Origin: a virus
DNA length: 64,000 nt
Direction: 5' to 3' (one strand)
IMG/VR virus record: IMGVR_UViG_3300005673_000003
Span: 1 to 64,000 of that record
Of this stretch, positions 1 through 10,312 are shown piece after piece. Below the pieces are notes generated by a model. That model ran no database searches and had not been told where the DNA came from. It saw nothing but the letters and a program-made list of their open reading frames with translations. Numbering within the stretch: position 1 is the stretch's first letter; every line of letters begins with the position of its first letter. The position numbers and the translations under genes are program-made.

Positions 1-154
1 ATATTTCCCTCCAGGCGAATGATTGACTTGGATAGAGATCCAATAAATAAGGACTCTTAAATAATTTTAATATTTTTTAAGAATCGTATAACGGGAGCAT
101 TTCTAGGTTTCAGGGTTCTTATAGAAGCATTGGATTAAGCAGCAATACTGAAAT

Positions 155-664
155 ATGGGAAATTCGGGGAAAGATGGTCAGGTAGCTATTCGGAAGCTTA
201 TCAAAGGTCAGGTCTATTGCGGTGGGCCTGCCAGCAGCGAGGATAATACTGAATCGGTGATTACTGAATTTTTAAGATTAGCTGCTGGCAATATCCGCAG
301 TGCGATCGCTCAAACAATGGCCCATCCAGGAGAGTGCAGTTTGGAGTTTGAGTTTCCGGCTGGCTTTGAACACCGGGGAGTCAAAATGAGAGTTACTACA
401 GAGGGCTTTTTGAATATCGATCAAAATCGGTGCTCTGATTTATGGAGCAGTAAGGCACCTATGATCACTGGGTCGCTCAGTATCCCTCCAAATTTGGCGC
501 GTAGCACTAAACGAGCACTGGGAGTTTGTAAATCTGCCTTGCCGCCGCTCCTGGAGAAAGAGCGCAAAGATGCTGGCACCACTCGGATCCTCTTAGTATT
601 CAAATCCGGCGAATTGATTGCTTGTGATATAACAAAGAGAAATAATTTTGATGCAAAGCATTAG
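155..664 (+). CDS. Hypothetical phage protein
   Basis: 169-aa ORF, first of a co-directional array. Confidence 0.6.
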   Translation: MGNSGKDGQVAIRKLIKGQVYCGGPASSEDNTESVITEFLRLAAGNIRSAIAQTMAHPGECSLEFEFPAGFEHRGVKMRVTTEGFLNIDQNRCSDLWSSKAPMITGSLSIPPNLARSTKRALGVCKSALPPLLEKERKDAGTTRILLVFKSGELIACDITKRNNFDAKH

Positions 665-703
665 GCATCAATAAATCAATCAATTATCCCGGAGGATGAC
701 CCA

Positions 704-1081
704 ATGAGTGACGCAGTAGTTACGGTTACGCTTCCTGTCGGTCAGATGGCTTGGATTAAAAAAGAGCTGGAGAGCGGAGAGATAGAGAACCTGTTTCATG
801 TCAAGCTACCCGGGCCTGGGCAGCACTGGCAGCACTACACCAATATTCCGGCGATCGCTCTACTGGGAGGAATTCCAGCGATGCAAGTACAAGCTGGAGA
901 CACGCCCCAAGCTAAGGACGCAACCAGAGCTACCCTGCAAGACTCAGCAAGGGTAGCAAGCTGGTCGGATGGCTGGTTTGCCTACCTTGCGCTTTTGAAG
1001 CAAGGCTGGAAGCTGATCAGTGAAAAAGAAGTATTAGCCGAAATGCATCAGGCTCTATGCAGTAAAACTGCTAACCTATGA
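704..1081 (+). CDS. Hypothetical phage protein
   Basis: 12-mer repeat plus GGAGG RBS upstream; terminator downstream. Confidence 0.75.
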   Translation: MSDAVVTVTLPVGQMAWIKKELESGEIENLFHVKLPGPGQHWQHYTNIPAIALLGGIPAMQVQAGDTPQAKDATRATLQDSARVASWSDGWFAYLALLKQGWKLISEKEVLAEMHQALCSKTANL

Positions 1082-1108
1082 AAACTATGCTTACAACTAA
1101 CACACCAG

Positions 1109-1134
1109 AAGGGGCCAGCACTGGCTCCTTTTTT
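1109..1134 (+). terminator. Intrinsic terminator
   Basis: AAGGGGCCAG-CA-CTGGCTCCTT stem followed by a T run. Confidence 0.7.
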
Positions 1135-1195
1135 ATTGTCGGTTGCATGAGACAAAAATATGATGTAATGATATAGGAATAGTTCGGGAGAAGGT

Positions 1196-1642
1196 ATGAC
1201 AAACGAGAAGAGGCAGGGGAGCGCTATCTCGCCTCCGGTATGCCCGGAGTGCAAAATCCCAATGATGAGGAATGGTCAGCGGAATGGGGGCATTCAGTAT
1301 CGCTGCACCTGCGGCAAGACCACCACTGTGCGGGTGGTGGAGCGGAAGCGTCCTGGCCGCAAACCCGTTTACCCTCCTGGGTACGACCGCAAGGCAGCAT
1401 GGAGGGAGAGGCAGGGGCAGCTAAACCCAGCGGCTCTGCCTGAATTTATCGGCATAGCGCGGCTGGTTAATCCTCCAGAGTTTTGGAGCGGCGAGGGCTT
1501 TGTATCTGATATAAAGCAGATCAGACCCTACCGCTCCATCCAAGCAGGAAAGGCAGCTATCCATCGCTTGCCGCAAGGGCTGACCAAACTGAAGTTGATC
1601 AGGGTGGTTCGGAGTGATTGGAGTTATTCAATAATCAATTGA
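1196..1642 (+). CDS. Zn-ribbon DNA-binding protein
   Basis: CPEC...YRCTCGK ribbon followed by basic RKRPGRKP motif. Confidence 0.6.
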   Translation: MTNEKRQGSAISPPVCPECKIPMMRNGQRNGGIQYRCTCGKTTTVRVVERKRPGRKPVYPPGYDRKAAWRERQGQLNPAALPEFIGIARLVNPPEFWSGEGFVSDIKQIRPYRSIQAGKAAIHRLPQGLTKLKLIRVVRSDWSYSIIN

Positions 1643-1652
1643 TTAACCAGTT

Positions 1653-2273
1653 ATGAATCAGTTATCGTTACTGCCGTCAGAAGAGGCTCCCGTAGAACCT
1701 TGGAGGAAATGGAGGACTGTAGAGCAGGAAGCCGCTTTTCAGAATCATCTTGCAGGTATTCGTCAGCAAGCGCAAGAGATTCTGGCGATCGCTCATGAGC
1801 AGAACCCTGGCAAGCATTGGGATCGGCTTACCGAAGTCAGGGGAGACGAATTCTCGAACGCTTGCCGGGAATATCACCGTAGGCAGGGCACCTTAATGGA
1901 TACCCTGCCCCTAACTCCCCCCATATCGCTATCCAAACCGTCGCGACCTTATATTCCCTGGTCACTAGAACGCAAGCAACGGGAGCGGGTCAAGAAGTTG
2001 CTGCAACGAATCAGCAAGCGTTACTCTCTGATCGATTTATTCGTTGATGCTGTTCAGGATGAGCTGCTGAGTAATCCCCAGTATTTCGGTGTCTGCCCAT
2101 TGCCGGGAAGCGCTGATAGCTGCAAGATAGTTTTAAGAAATCTGGTGCAAGAAACCGCGATCGCTTATGAGCAGCAACTGCGATTAACTGAGCATCTCCC
2201 AGTAGAACCGCTAGCTATCCCCCTGGCGATTAAACAGCCCGAATATGCTTTGCAGGAAATGCAAACTAAATAG
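1653..2273 (+). CDS. Hypothetical phage protein
   Basis: 206-aa ORF preceded by the 12-mer repeat. Confidence 0.7.
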   Translation: MNQLSLLPSEEAPVEPWRKWRTVEQEAAFQNHLAGIRQQAQEILAIAHEQNPGKHWDRLTEVRGDEFSNACREYHRRQGTLMDTLPLTPPISLSKPSRPYIPWSLERKQRERVKKLLQRISKRYSLIDLFVDAVQDELLSNPQYFGVCPLPGSADSCKIVLRNLVQETAIAYEQQLRLTEHLPVEPLAIPLAIKQPEYALQEMQTK

Positions 2274-2277
2274 ATAT

Positions 2278-2334
2278 ATCCGTAAATATACGGATCCCGC
2301 TATCCTGGGTATGAGACATAATTGTGATGTAAGG
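2278..2334 (+). promoter_or_regulatory. Bipartite phage promoter, copy 1
   Basis: Perfect ATCCGTA-AATA-TACGGAT (2278-2295), 17 nt, GAGACATAATTGTGATGTAAG. Confidence 0.8.
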
Positions 2335-2401
2335 AAATCGGCAGGGGAGTTACAAGCCTCCCCTTTCTACCCCTTCAAATCAATCAATTAATCGTTTAGC
2401 T

Positions 2402-4604
2402 ATGCACCCGAATTACATCAGAAAGGTCACGCCAAGAAAAGCGATGACCGAGAAAAACTTTGCTGCTATTGCAAGAGCGGTGATTGTGACCGAGAGCCGC
2501 ATTATATCTGTCCTAAAGTCAGGAGTGCCAAAGAGTTCTCAGCAGCTCCGGCACTATTGCTTCCAATGCTGCATCGAGCTGAAGGAAGAGCGGCGGGAGG
2601 AGTTTGAAACGCTAATGGGATACACGCTGGAAGATGGGGATGTACCAGCCATTGATCAGCCAAGAAGATCCCATTCCCATGCTTATGATGTAGCTCCAGC
2701 TCTCGATTATGACGGGATTCGCAAATTCCTGGAAGAGGCAGTAGAGCGGTATCAAACCTCTGCCCCCACTGCTGCTCAGCACTGCGATTGGCTCTATCGC
2801 AGACTTGCCGATCAGCCCAAAAACGTAACCTATTACGAACTGGAGAATATCATCAAGCTCAAGATGGATGGGAGCTGGAAAAACCCCCACCAGGCCGCAA
2901 ATCTCGTTTACCATCTACGGAATGATCTCAAGATGGGGCATTCCGTCACCCTACCATTCGATTTCTAATCAAATAATCAATCAATTTAATTTTGGAGGCT
3001 AATTATGATCGTTGGCGAATACCTGGAACATCATCCCGAAGCAGATAAGACAGCTCTGCTGCTCATCGATGAGCATCGCAAGGGTGATGAACCCTACTAC
3101 CTGGCAGAGCTAAAATTCTTTTTCCCAAAGATTGGAACTTTCACTATTACCCTTCGCAAGCAATCCAGTTCGCTGGATGGTGCCCGTCATTATGCTGTCG
3201 GGGTGCTGAAAGAGATTCGTAATGTCGGATTAGTTGACTGGCTGAATGCAGATATAGAGGAAGGCAAGCAAAAAGGAAGGAGTGCTGGATAATGCAACCT
3301 TTCTGCGCGTTTCAGTACGAAAAATTCTCCTATGCCCAGCTCCGTAGAGCTTACTTCGAGCTTGCCAAAGTGCAGAAGTCAAACGGGAAAGAGTTTACAT
3401 TCGGGCATGGAATTGGCTTTAATCGCTCAGAGAGAAGACTTAAGCGCGGTGCAGTTACGGTGCTGAAGCAGGGGCCGATCAAGTCAATCAGCGCTGGCGC
3501 GATCGTATTCATGCAAACGGCCTCCCCAGGAAGCAAGTCCTACATAGTAGGGCAGTTCAAATCATTTATGCCGGGAACTATCCATGACCGGATCTTCACG
3601 ACTGCCCCTGATTATGCATCCTCTGCAATCATGCGAATCCTATTCAGGATGCACCAGGATGGGAGCCATCCATCCTTAAACTTTTACCCAGATAGATCCT
3701 GGAAAGCTATCTCCCTCCACTAGGATGAGGGGCATAGAGAAGCAGTTAGCGCTTGTAAATCAATCAATTAATCGTTGGAGACATCATGAAAGACTTAAGT
3801 GGGTTACTAGAAGCAGAATGCAATACCGAGCCTGATTACCAGGAGCAGGAAGAGTGCAGGCCCATCCTCCCTGGCGATATTATCGAGCTTCAGATAGGCG
3901 ATGAAGTTGTCGAAGTCCAGTTATGCTCCTATGTTGCATCCGATGCAAATCTGGATATTCTTAGACGGTTAGCCGCTGTTGATATTCCGGTCGCGGAAGA
4001 GCATCGGGAAGTGTACGAGCGGCATTATCGAGGGTTAAAAGAAGATGGCATAGACATCTTTTCTAGTTACGCCTGCTGGCTATTCCTGAAGCGTAAAGCT
4101 GCGCTAGATGGGATAGCGAAGGAAAATGAAGAGCTTATATCCCAGGCTTCCCAAGTTGCTTAACTTAATACCTGTTCCCTATTGTAATCAAGTCAATAAT
4201 CAATCAATTCAAGGTACAGAGCTATGATGACTATGCGCAATTATCCAGAAGCGATCGCTACCGCTGCTGAAAAAGTAGCTGAGATAGATCTGGCAATCAC
4301 TCAGGCGAAAAGACTGCTTCACGAAATCGAGTCGGAGATAGATCAAGAAATAGCTTGCGAATCCAATCTGAAAAACGAATTACAGCGTAAAGCAGCCAGA
4401 AGCATAGCGATAGCAGCTCATCCAGATCATCGCAAGCTACTGCAAGCAATGGATAATAACACCTTCAATAAAGCAGTTGCAGCCGCTGAACTAGAGCGAT
4501 TGCGAGGTGAATTCGCTATCCTCAAACTGGAGGCAAAGGAACGTATCTCAGACAAGATGCGTTCTCTTGAAAACGGTGATCTGGTAGCTGTTAGCTTGAC
4601 CTGA
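2402..4604 (+). other. Operon of five hypothetical CDS (2402-2968, 3005-3292, 3292-3723, 3786-4163, 4224-4604 coiled-coil)
   Basis: Tightly packed, same strand, four preceded by the 12-mer repeat. Confidence 0.75.
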
Positions 4605-4623
4605 AGACGTAATAGTGATGTAA

Positions 4624-4680
4624 ATCAGTAGAAATACGGATACTCTTCCCGCCTTATTGGGACATAATTGTGATGTAAGC
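4624..4680 (+). promoter_or_regulatory. Bipartite phage promoter, copy 2
   Basis: ATCAGTA-GAAA-TACGGAT, 17 nt, GGGACATAATTGTGATGTAAG, then the 12-mer repeat at 4684. Confidence 0.8.
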
Positions 4681-4706
4681 AGCAATCAATCAATTACGTC
4701 GCAATC

Positions 4707-7514
4707 ATGAGAGATCTTAGAGACTACGGATTTACAAGGTTTTCAGTTCCCAGCGAAGTAGAAGCTTTTGAGGATGCTTGCTATCAAGCTGGTCGAGGAT
4801 GGGCTAAGACGGGAAATAAAAAGCTCCCCCGCATCGCATCGGTAGACGGCAAGCAGGTGCCTATCCTGCAATCAATCAGCCTCAACTCCAGAGCTTTCGT
4901 CCAAGGATGGAAGGATGGAGGGAGAGGGCAATAATTAATCAGTTAGCGGCTCCTGAGTGGGGCCGCAAGGAGTTCAAATATGCTGACCTACATTTATCTG
5001 CACTGCAATAAGACGGATGCTTCTATCCCATTATTCGAGGGGGAGCAGCCCCCATTCATTCCAGAGGTGGGAGATAATCTATCGGTGGTTATCGCTGGCG
5101 AGGATGGACAGCCTTACGAATGCAAGTATCGAGTTCACCAGCGAACCTATGATTACCAGAACCGGACGATTACGCTTTACAGTGACTGGATGAACCACGG
5201 AGAGTACTTACTCCGATATAGCAATCAATGCACCCCAATGGAAACGCAAGCCATGAGGGAGTGTGCCAATGCTTAGACCCGCAACTGTAGCAATTCCTCG
5301 CCTGGGGAATCTGGCTGGGGAAGTTCCCAAATCGATCGCAGACGCAAGGCTGCTTATCCTATCTTTGGAGCGCGAGATCCGCTCGATAGAAATTGATTTG
5401 ATCAATTCCGGCAGTCGTCTTGAGTTTGATTTTCAAGGGGATGACTTGCGCTGGTCGAATTGGGAGGCAGAGAGACGCAAGCAAGCGCTCAATGCTTTGC
5501 AGCAAAAGACGGCATTAGAAGGCTGGCTGGTACTGCAAGAGTGTAAGGGCAGTAATCAGCAACAGCAAAGCATTCCGAATGATTCAAAGATTCTTGCTAT
5601 CCGCAAATCAACCACCAGATCAAAACAGGAATCAAAACAGGAAGAGGAGATGATTCAGGAACTCAAGGTAGAACTAGCAGCACTCAGAGCTGAGGTAGCT
5701 GCATTGAAGCGGCAGGTAGAGAGCCAGGTAGAGAGCCAGGGTAAAGTTAAAAAGCAGGTTGATAACCTATCAAATATCCTGGAAACCCTGATCCGCCAAT
5801 TCACTGACTACTTTCATAAGGAAACCGTCAGAAATTCAACTCGCTGGGTGCTGTCAACCTTTCCTGGGTACATCCGCTCCCTTCGCAAACATAGAGGCGA
5901 AGATGCAGATAATACCAGCTTTAACGAGCAATCAAATCTGTTTAATTTCCTGATAGCTCAGGGACATAACCCCCCATTCGCAACTGAAGTCTTGCAAAAC
6001 GGAGCAAAGCTTATCAAGCAGGCCAGCGTCCAGTCGAGCGTAAATCAATCAATTAATCCAAGGTAAGCAACTATGTTCGCAACGCTAGAAGATATAGGGC
6101 TTCTCCGCACTATCGAAGGTGCTGCTAAAGTCCGGTCCATCAATCGCGGCCCTCATAAAAAGCCAGTCCTCCTGCCTTCTACCATTCGCGGGATTAGCCA
6201 TTGGCAGGGGGATGAGGAGGCTATTTGCATCTGGACAACCACAGATAGCTTGCAGGTTTACGAGTTGCCGGAGCTGGCTCCATCGGAGATAGAAGCTATC
6301 CAGGAGTTCATTAAGGGCAGATTGCAGGATACTCCCCAGCAATCGATCGCTGGCACTCGCAACCGATTGGAATTAGTCAATAAACGGGTAATCGTGCAAA
6401 CTGCCGCCTTAGCTCCCAGATGTACAGGGAAGCTCTGGGGTCATGCCAAAGAGTATCACTACGATGATCTAGGGGATTCATGGTTGGTCGGTTTTGATAA
6501 CGGGGCCAAGCATTATATCCCGGCAAATATCATCTATCTGGACGACTCGCCTACTCCCACTCGACATCTATCAGTAGTCAGGTAATCATCATGAAACGAA
6601 TATTATTCAATCGGTTTTTCATCAGGATTGACTGGTCAACAGAAGACCTTTGGTGGGATGTGATGGATGACGGACATAAGCAAACCTATCTATTCGATGT
6701 GAGTACCGTCAGCCGCAAGATGGATGGGAAATCATACCAAGGTTTGCAAATCATCATGGGGAAGCTTGCTGTCAGGCTTGCTGATCTCAATAGCATCAAA
6801 CCTGCTTCAGAAATCAATCAATTAACGGAGATAGAAAAGCATGGACAAAGTACTGATAAGGTTCCCCATGAAGAGGGCGATCAACAGGCTGCTACGCTTG
6901 ATTCTCCCCAGTTATGATCTTGCTGGACGAGAGCTTGATGAACTCATCAAAGCACTAAGGAAAGCAAAAGAAAAGAAACAGATCAATCAATTATCAAGGG
7001 AGTAGGGTGTATGCCTTTTATTATTCAGCTTGAAGCTACAAACCCAGATAACGGGGATCTCCTCATTACATACGTAAGCAGGGGTTATTTTAACGGGTAT
7101 CCAGCCTGTATTCCCGGCAAGCCAGGGCAGCGGCCAGCTTTCTGGAAAACAGGAAACGGAGCTACGGGTGCCCTATATAGAAGGGCACCCAGTTTCGCTT
7201 TCGATAGGGGATTGGATAAATCAGACGCAACCCTTCTGGATTGGCTCAACTTCATTGGCGGCCATCAATACACTGGCAAGGCTTTGGAGGTTGATCACGA
7301 TTTCATCATCCCTGGCGAGGTATTACCTCAATTACAGGAACTGCAAGCGATAAAACTGGTTCGTCGATTAAAAGCAGATATTCGCCGTCTGCAATTGCAA
7401 CGCCAAAGAATCGAGCAGCAAATCAATGCTAAGCAGGAAAAACTCGTAATAGCAGAGCAGGAGGTAGAGAGAGAACGGATAAGCAAGATCAGAACTATTG
7501 ATGCAATCGCTTAA
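4707..7514 (+). other. Operon of hypothetical CDS (4707-4934, 4980-5276, 5263-6066 coiled-coil, 6073-6585, 6591-6917, 7011-7514)
   Basis: Co-directional overlapping or abutting ORFs with RBS-like sites and 12-mer repeats. Confidence 0.72.
6841..7005 (+). CDS. Small protein (54 aa, MDKVLIRFPM...), absent from the ORF track
   Basis: 12-mer at 6812 and GGAG RBS precede the ATG; fills the gap before 7011. Confidence 0.6.
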   Translation: MDKVLIRFPMKRAINRLLRLILPSYDLAGRELDELIKALRKAKEKKQINQLSRE

Positions 7515-7540
7515 TCAATCAATTATCAAAGGAGCAGATT

Positions 7541-8047
7541 ATGGTACCAGATATTATCTATTCGGGAGGCCAGACTGGGGCAGACCGGGCCGCATTGGAT
7601 GCCGCTGGATGCCTGCGGATACCGACTGGGGGATGGGCACCAAAGGGATACCGGACGGAGAACGGGAATGAGCCAATCCTTAAAGCTTATGGACTAAAGG
7701 AAACCGAGAGCCGCGAATACCCTCCCAGGACTCGCCTAAACGCTGAGCAGTCCGATGGTACTGCATGGTTCGGGAATACCAATTCTCGTGGCTATGAACT
7801 CACCCTAAGAGCTGCTCGGAGTGCAGGGAAGCATTTCATAGCTAACCCATCCCCGACAGCTCTTAGAGCTTGGGTGGAAGAGCATGGCATCAAGGTTCTC
7901 AATGTAGCTGGCAACCGGGCCAGCATGAATCCTGATGCTTACGGGCAAACGTTTGAGTGTATCTGTGCCGCATTTCGGGATGAGGTTGTTAAGCATCGAT
8001 TTGAAAACTGGGAAGCGATCGCAACTGTCAAGAAATCAATCAATTAA
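7541..8047 (+). CDS. SLOG-superfamily protein (circularly permuted YpsA / putative Mo-carrier family)
   Basis: SGGQTGADRAALDAA, GGWAPKG, YPPRTRLNAEQSDGT, VLNVAGNRAS motifs. Confidence 0.85.
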   Translation: MVPDIIYSGGQTGADRAALDAAGCLRIPTGGWAPKGYRTENGNEPILKAYGLKETESREYPPRTRLNAEQSDGTAWFGNTNSRGYELTLRAARSAGKHFIANPSPTALRAWVEEHGIKVLNVAGNRASMNPDAYGQTFECICAAFRDEVVKHRFENWEAIATVKKSIN

Positions 8048-8061
8048 TGAGGTAGGCAACT

Positions 8062-8673
8062 ATGGTGACGCTAAGCGAGTATCAAACCCTGATCAAAGGT
8101 TGGCATGATCACAACTTCCCGATTGCTCGACCAGGCAAAGCGGAACGGGTGATCTTAAAAATAGGGGAAGAGCTAGGGGAATTGAATCGAGCTTATATCA
8201 ATAAGTTCGACGGCATCAAAGGAACCAAAGCTCATTGGGTGAATAAGGCTTGCGATGCGATCGGGGACATCATCCTGGCTACTTTGGTTTACTGCAACGA
8301 GGGCGGCTACAGTATCAATGAGTGCTTAACTTTATCCTGGGATGAGCTACGGGATGAGGAGAAGCTCCGGCAGGTATGGGATGAGGAGTTAAAGGCATCA
8401 AGCGGGAGATTGCCAAGCTCACCGGAGGAGATTCTAATCAGAGCACTTTGCAGCGCTGCATCAATCGGCCATGTCTACTATGCGTTGCGGGATGACAATT
8501 GGGAAGGCTGGGCTGATGCAACCAAGCTTATGATCTTACGGCTGATCATCCTCCTGGCTCTCTACTGCCTACAAGCTGGATTCGACATTGAGCGTTGCAT
8601 TGCAGACTCCTGGGAGGAGGTTAAGGGTAGGGATTTTAGCAGGTCCAGCAGTACTGAAAATCAATCCTCCTAA
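8062..8673 (+). CDS. MazG-like all-alpha NTP pyrophosphohydrolase with a degenerate second repeat
   Basis: KIGEELGEL...DAIGDI motif; second half repeats the YC..G..I..C...SW.E segment. Confidence 0.8.
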   Translation: MVTLSEYQTLIKGWHDHNFPIARPGKAERVILKIGEELGELNRAYINKFDGIKGTKAHWVNKACDAIGDIILATLVYCNEGGYSINECLTLSWDELRDEEKLRQVWDEELKASSGRLPSSPEEILIRALCSAASIGHVYYALRDDNWEGWADATKLMILRLIILLALYCLQAGFDIERCIADSWEEVKGRDFSRSSSTENQSS

Positions 8674-8679
8674 CAGACT

Positions 8680-8720
8680 AACCCTGACTAATTGCCCATC
8701 ACACGCAATTAGTCAGGGTT
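8680..8720. terminator. 16-bp perfect inverted repeat between convergent genes
   Basis: AACCCTGACTAATTGC-N9-GCAATTAGTCAGGGTT. Confidence 0.7.
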
Positions 8721-8797
8721 CTAGAACTCCCTCTACGAGCTAACCTTCGGGCTTGATAAAAAACGCTGGACTATTTCTGGCCTATCTTAACCTTCCC

Positions 8798-8962
8798 TTA
8801 ACCTGCAATATCCAGCAGGCTTAACTGGGAGATCACTTGATAGGAGTATTCTACCGCAGTGATTCCGATTCCATGCCGCTCCAATGCTTTAATCATCCCC
8901 AGCACTGCATCATCAAAGCTCCTGGCAACCAGATAGCCTTTTTTCACCTTAGCCTCTGCCAT
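8798..8962 (-). CDS. Small protein (54 aa, MAEAKVKKGY...)
   Basis: ATG directly follows the stop of 8963-9430. Confidence 0.55.
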   Translation of the reverse strand: MAEAKVKKGYLVARSFDDAVLGMIKALERHGIGITAVEYSYQVISQLSLLDIAG

Positions 8963-9430
8963 TTAGTTTAGTAGCTGGGTTAAATGTCTGGGCCTTGCCC
9001 TTTCAGCTTTGACCTCGCCAATGTAATGCTTGCCGCGAAAATCGCATCGTAGATCCTCGGATAAGGGTACTTCAATGGATGCTCTTTTGATTTCTGCAAA
9101 CTTCACCTTAACGATGTCATGCTCTGAGAATCCGATGGGTGCAATCTTGGAATCCTCTAATTTGGTCAGTCGGATTGCCTCCTGCTTAGCGCGATCGATA
9201 TTTGCTTTGGTTGCCTTCAGTCGTAGGGAGATTCGCCGCTGCTTCCTGCCGCTACCATCCCCCATATCGAAGTAGCCGCGAAGCGATAGCCTACGGTTTT
9301 TTATATCAATCATGAACTGGGATCCGGATTGCTTCAGCTCTCTGTTTAGCTGCTGTTTGTAATCCTGTAAATAATCGATTGATTCTAGCTCAGCATCTTG
9401 GATGGCATCTGAAGCGTCCATAGAAAACAT
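8963..9430 (-). CDS. Stand-alone integrase arm-type DNA-binding-domain protein
   Basis: NRRLSLRGYF...GRKQRRISL...ANIDRAKQEAIRL resembles the N-terminal domain of cyanobacterial tyrosine integrases; no catalytic domain. Confidence 0.5.
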   Translation of the reverse strand: MFSMDASDAIQDAELESIDYLQDYKQQLNRELKQSGSQFMIDIKNRRLSLRGYFDMGDGSGRKQRRISLRLKATKANIDRAKQEAIRLTKLEDSKIAPIGFSEHDIVKVKFAEIKRASIEVPLSEDLRCDFRGKHYIGEVKAERARPRHLTQLLN

Positions 9431-9556
9431 TATTAATTTCTACAATCTTTCTTGATTCTAGATCCCGGTAATCCGCTATGCCTATACCTTTCGGGATTAT
9501 ATTCAAATCTGATGCAAGATCATTTTAGCAATCTGCGATAAGATTTAATTGCAAAG

Positions 9557-9615
9557 CAAAACCCCACTCAACTTTCCGGGCCGAATGGGGTTTTAGCTAA
9601 TCACTATCATCTTAT
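9557..9615 (-). ncRNA. Putative counter-transcribed antisense RNA over the leader of 9614
   Basis: Minus-strand TTGTCA-N18-TACACT promoter with extended TG (9651-9622) and an AAAACCCCA...TGGGGTTTT hairpin at 9557-9594. Confidence 0.5.
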
Positions 9616-10312
9616 GGAAACAGTGTACCAAAATAGCACTGCTACTGACAACAATTTTTCAAAAGAATCTCCAAAGGGATTCGGTGAAAGAGTTACGAGA
9701 TTCTATAGCCGGATAGCTGACCGGAGTGCGATCGCTGCCACCTGGCACTACATTAGGGGGCTAGATCAAAAAGGGTCAGGCTGGGCCAAGTTTTTATTAT
9801 CAGAAGCCGCTACCACTCTCAGAGTCACCGTTGCCACCATTAGAAGGCATCTGCGCGAGGGTAGGCGAGAAGGATTTATCAATTGGTCCTCGACCAAAGG
9901 CGGCATCGCTACGGCTGCTTATGCGAGTCGAGATAAAGTTTGTTGCAGGTTGGGCCTGGATGATTTTGGCGCGGTTGCCGAAGTCTATCTATCAGATCTA
10001 GCTGCTTCAAAGGAAACGGCTACTGAGTTGGAGGCGATTCGTCTTCAGCGAGGTAGCCAGGTATTAGCGAGAAAGGAGAGCAAGCGGAAGACCGTTGCTA
10101 TTCATGACATACTTAATCCCTCCCTTTATGCTCAAGCTGGCAGCGGCGATAAAGCTGAAGCCAGTTGGGGGACAAGAAGCGGCGTGCTATGGATTAGCAA
10201 TCGGTACACTTTTGTTAGCTCTGACTTTGTAGCTTATGGTGCATCTCAGGCCGGAATCGGCAAGCGGTTGGATCGGATTGACCCAATTTGGAAGTATAGG
10301 CAGGCAGTATGA
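9614..10312 (+). pseudogene. 5' part of an interrupted HTH-containing putative replication initiator
   Basis: HTH-like LSEAATTLRVTVATIRRHL; second HTH (GASQAGIGKRLDR..DRTVKRRL) is split and resumes in the same frame at 12041. Confidence 0.55.

Noticed and set aside
1196-1642. IS1-family transposase
   Set aside because: Only a Zn ribbon is present; no DDE domain or terminal inverted repeats seen
2278-2295. Operator as an NtcA or cyanobacterial LexA box
   Set aside because: Spacing is GTA-N4-TAC, not GTA-N8-TAC, and it does not fit the RGTAC-N3-DGTWC LexA pattern
8963-9430. Functional integrase and att site
   Set aside because: No catalytic domain, and no tRNA or att duplication visible
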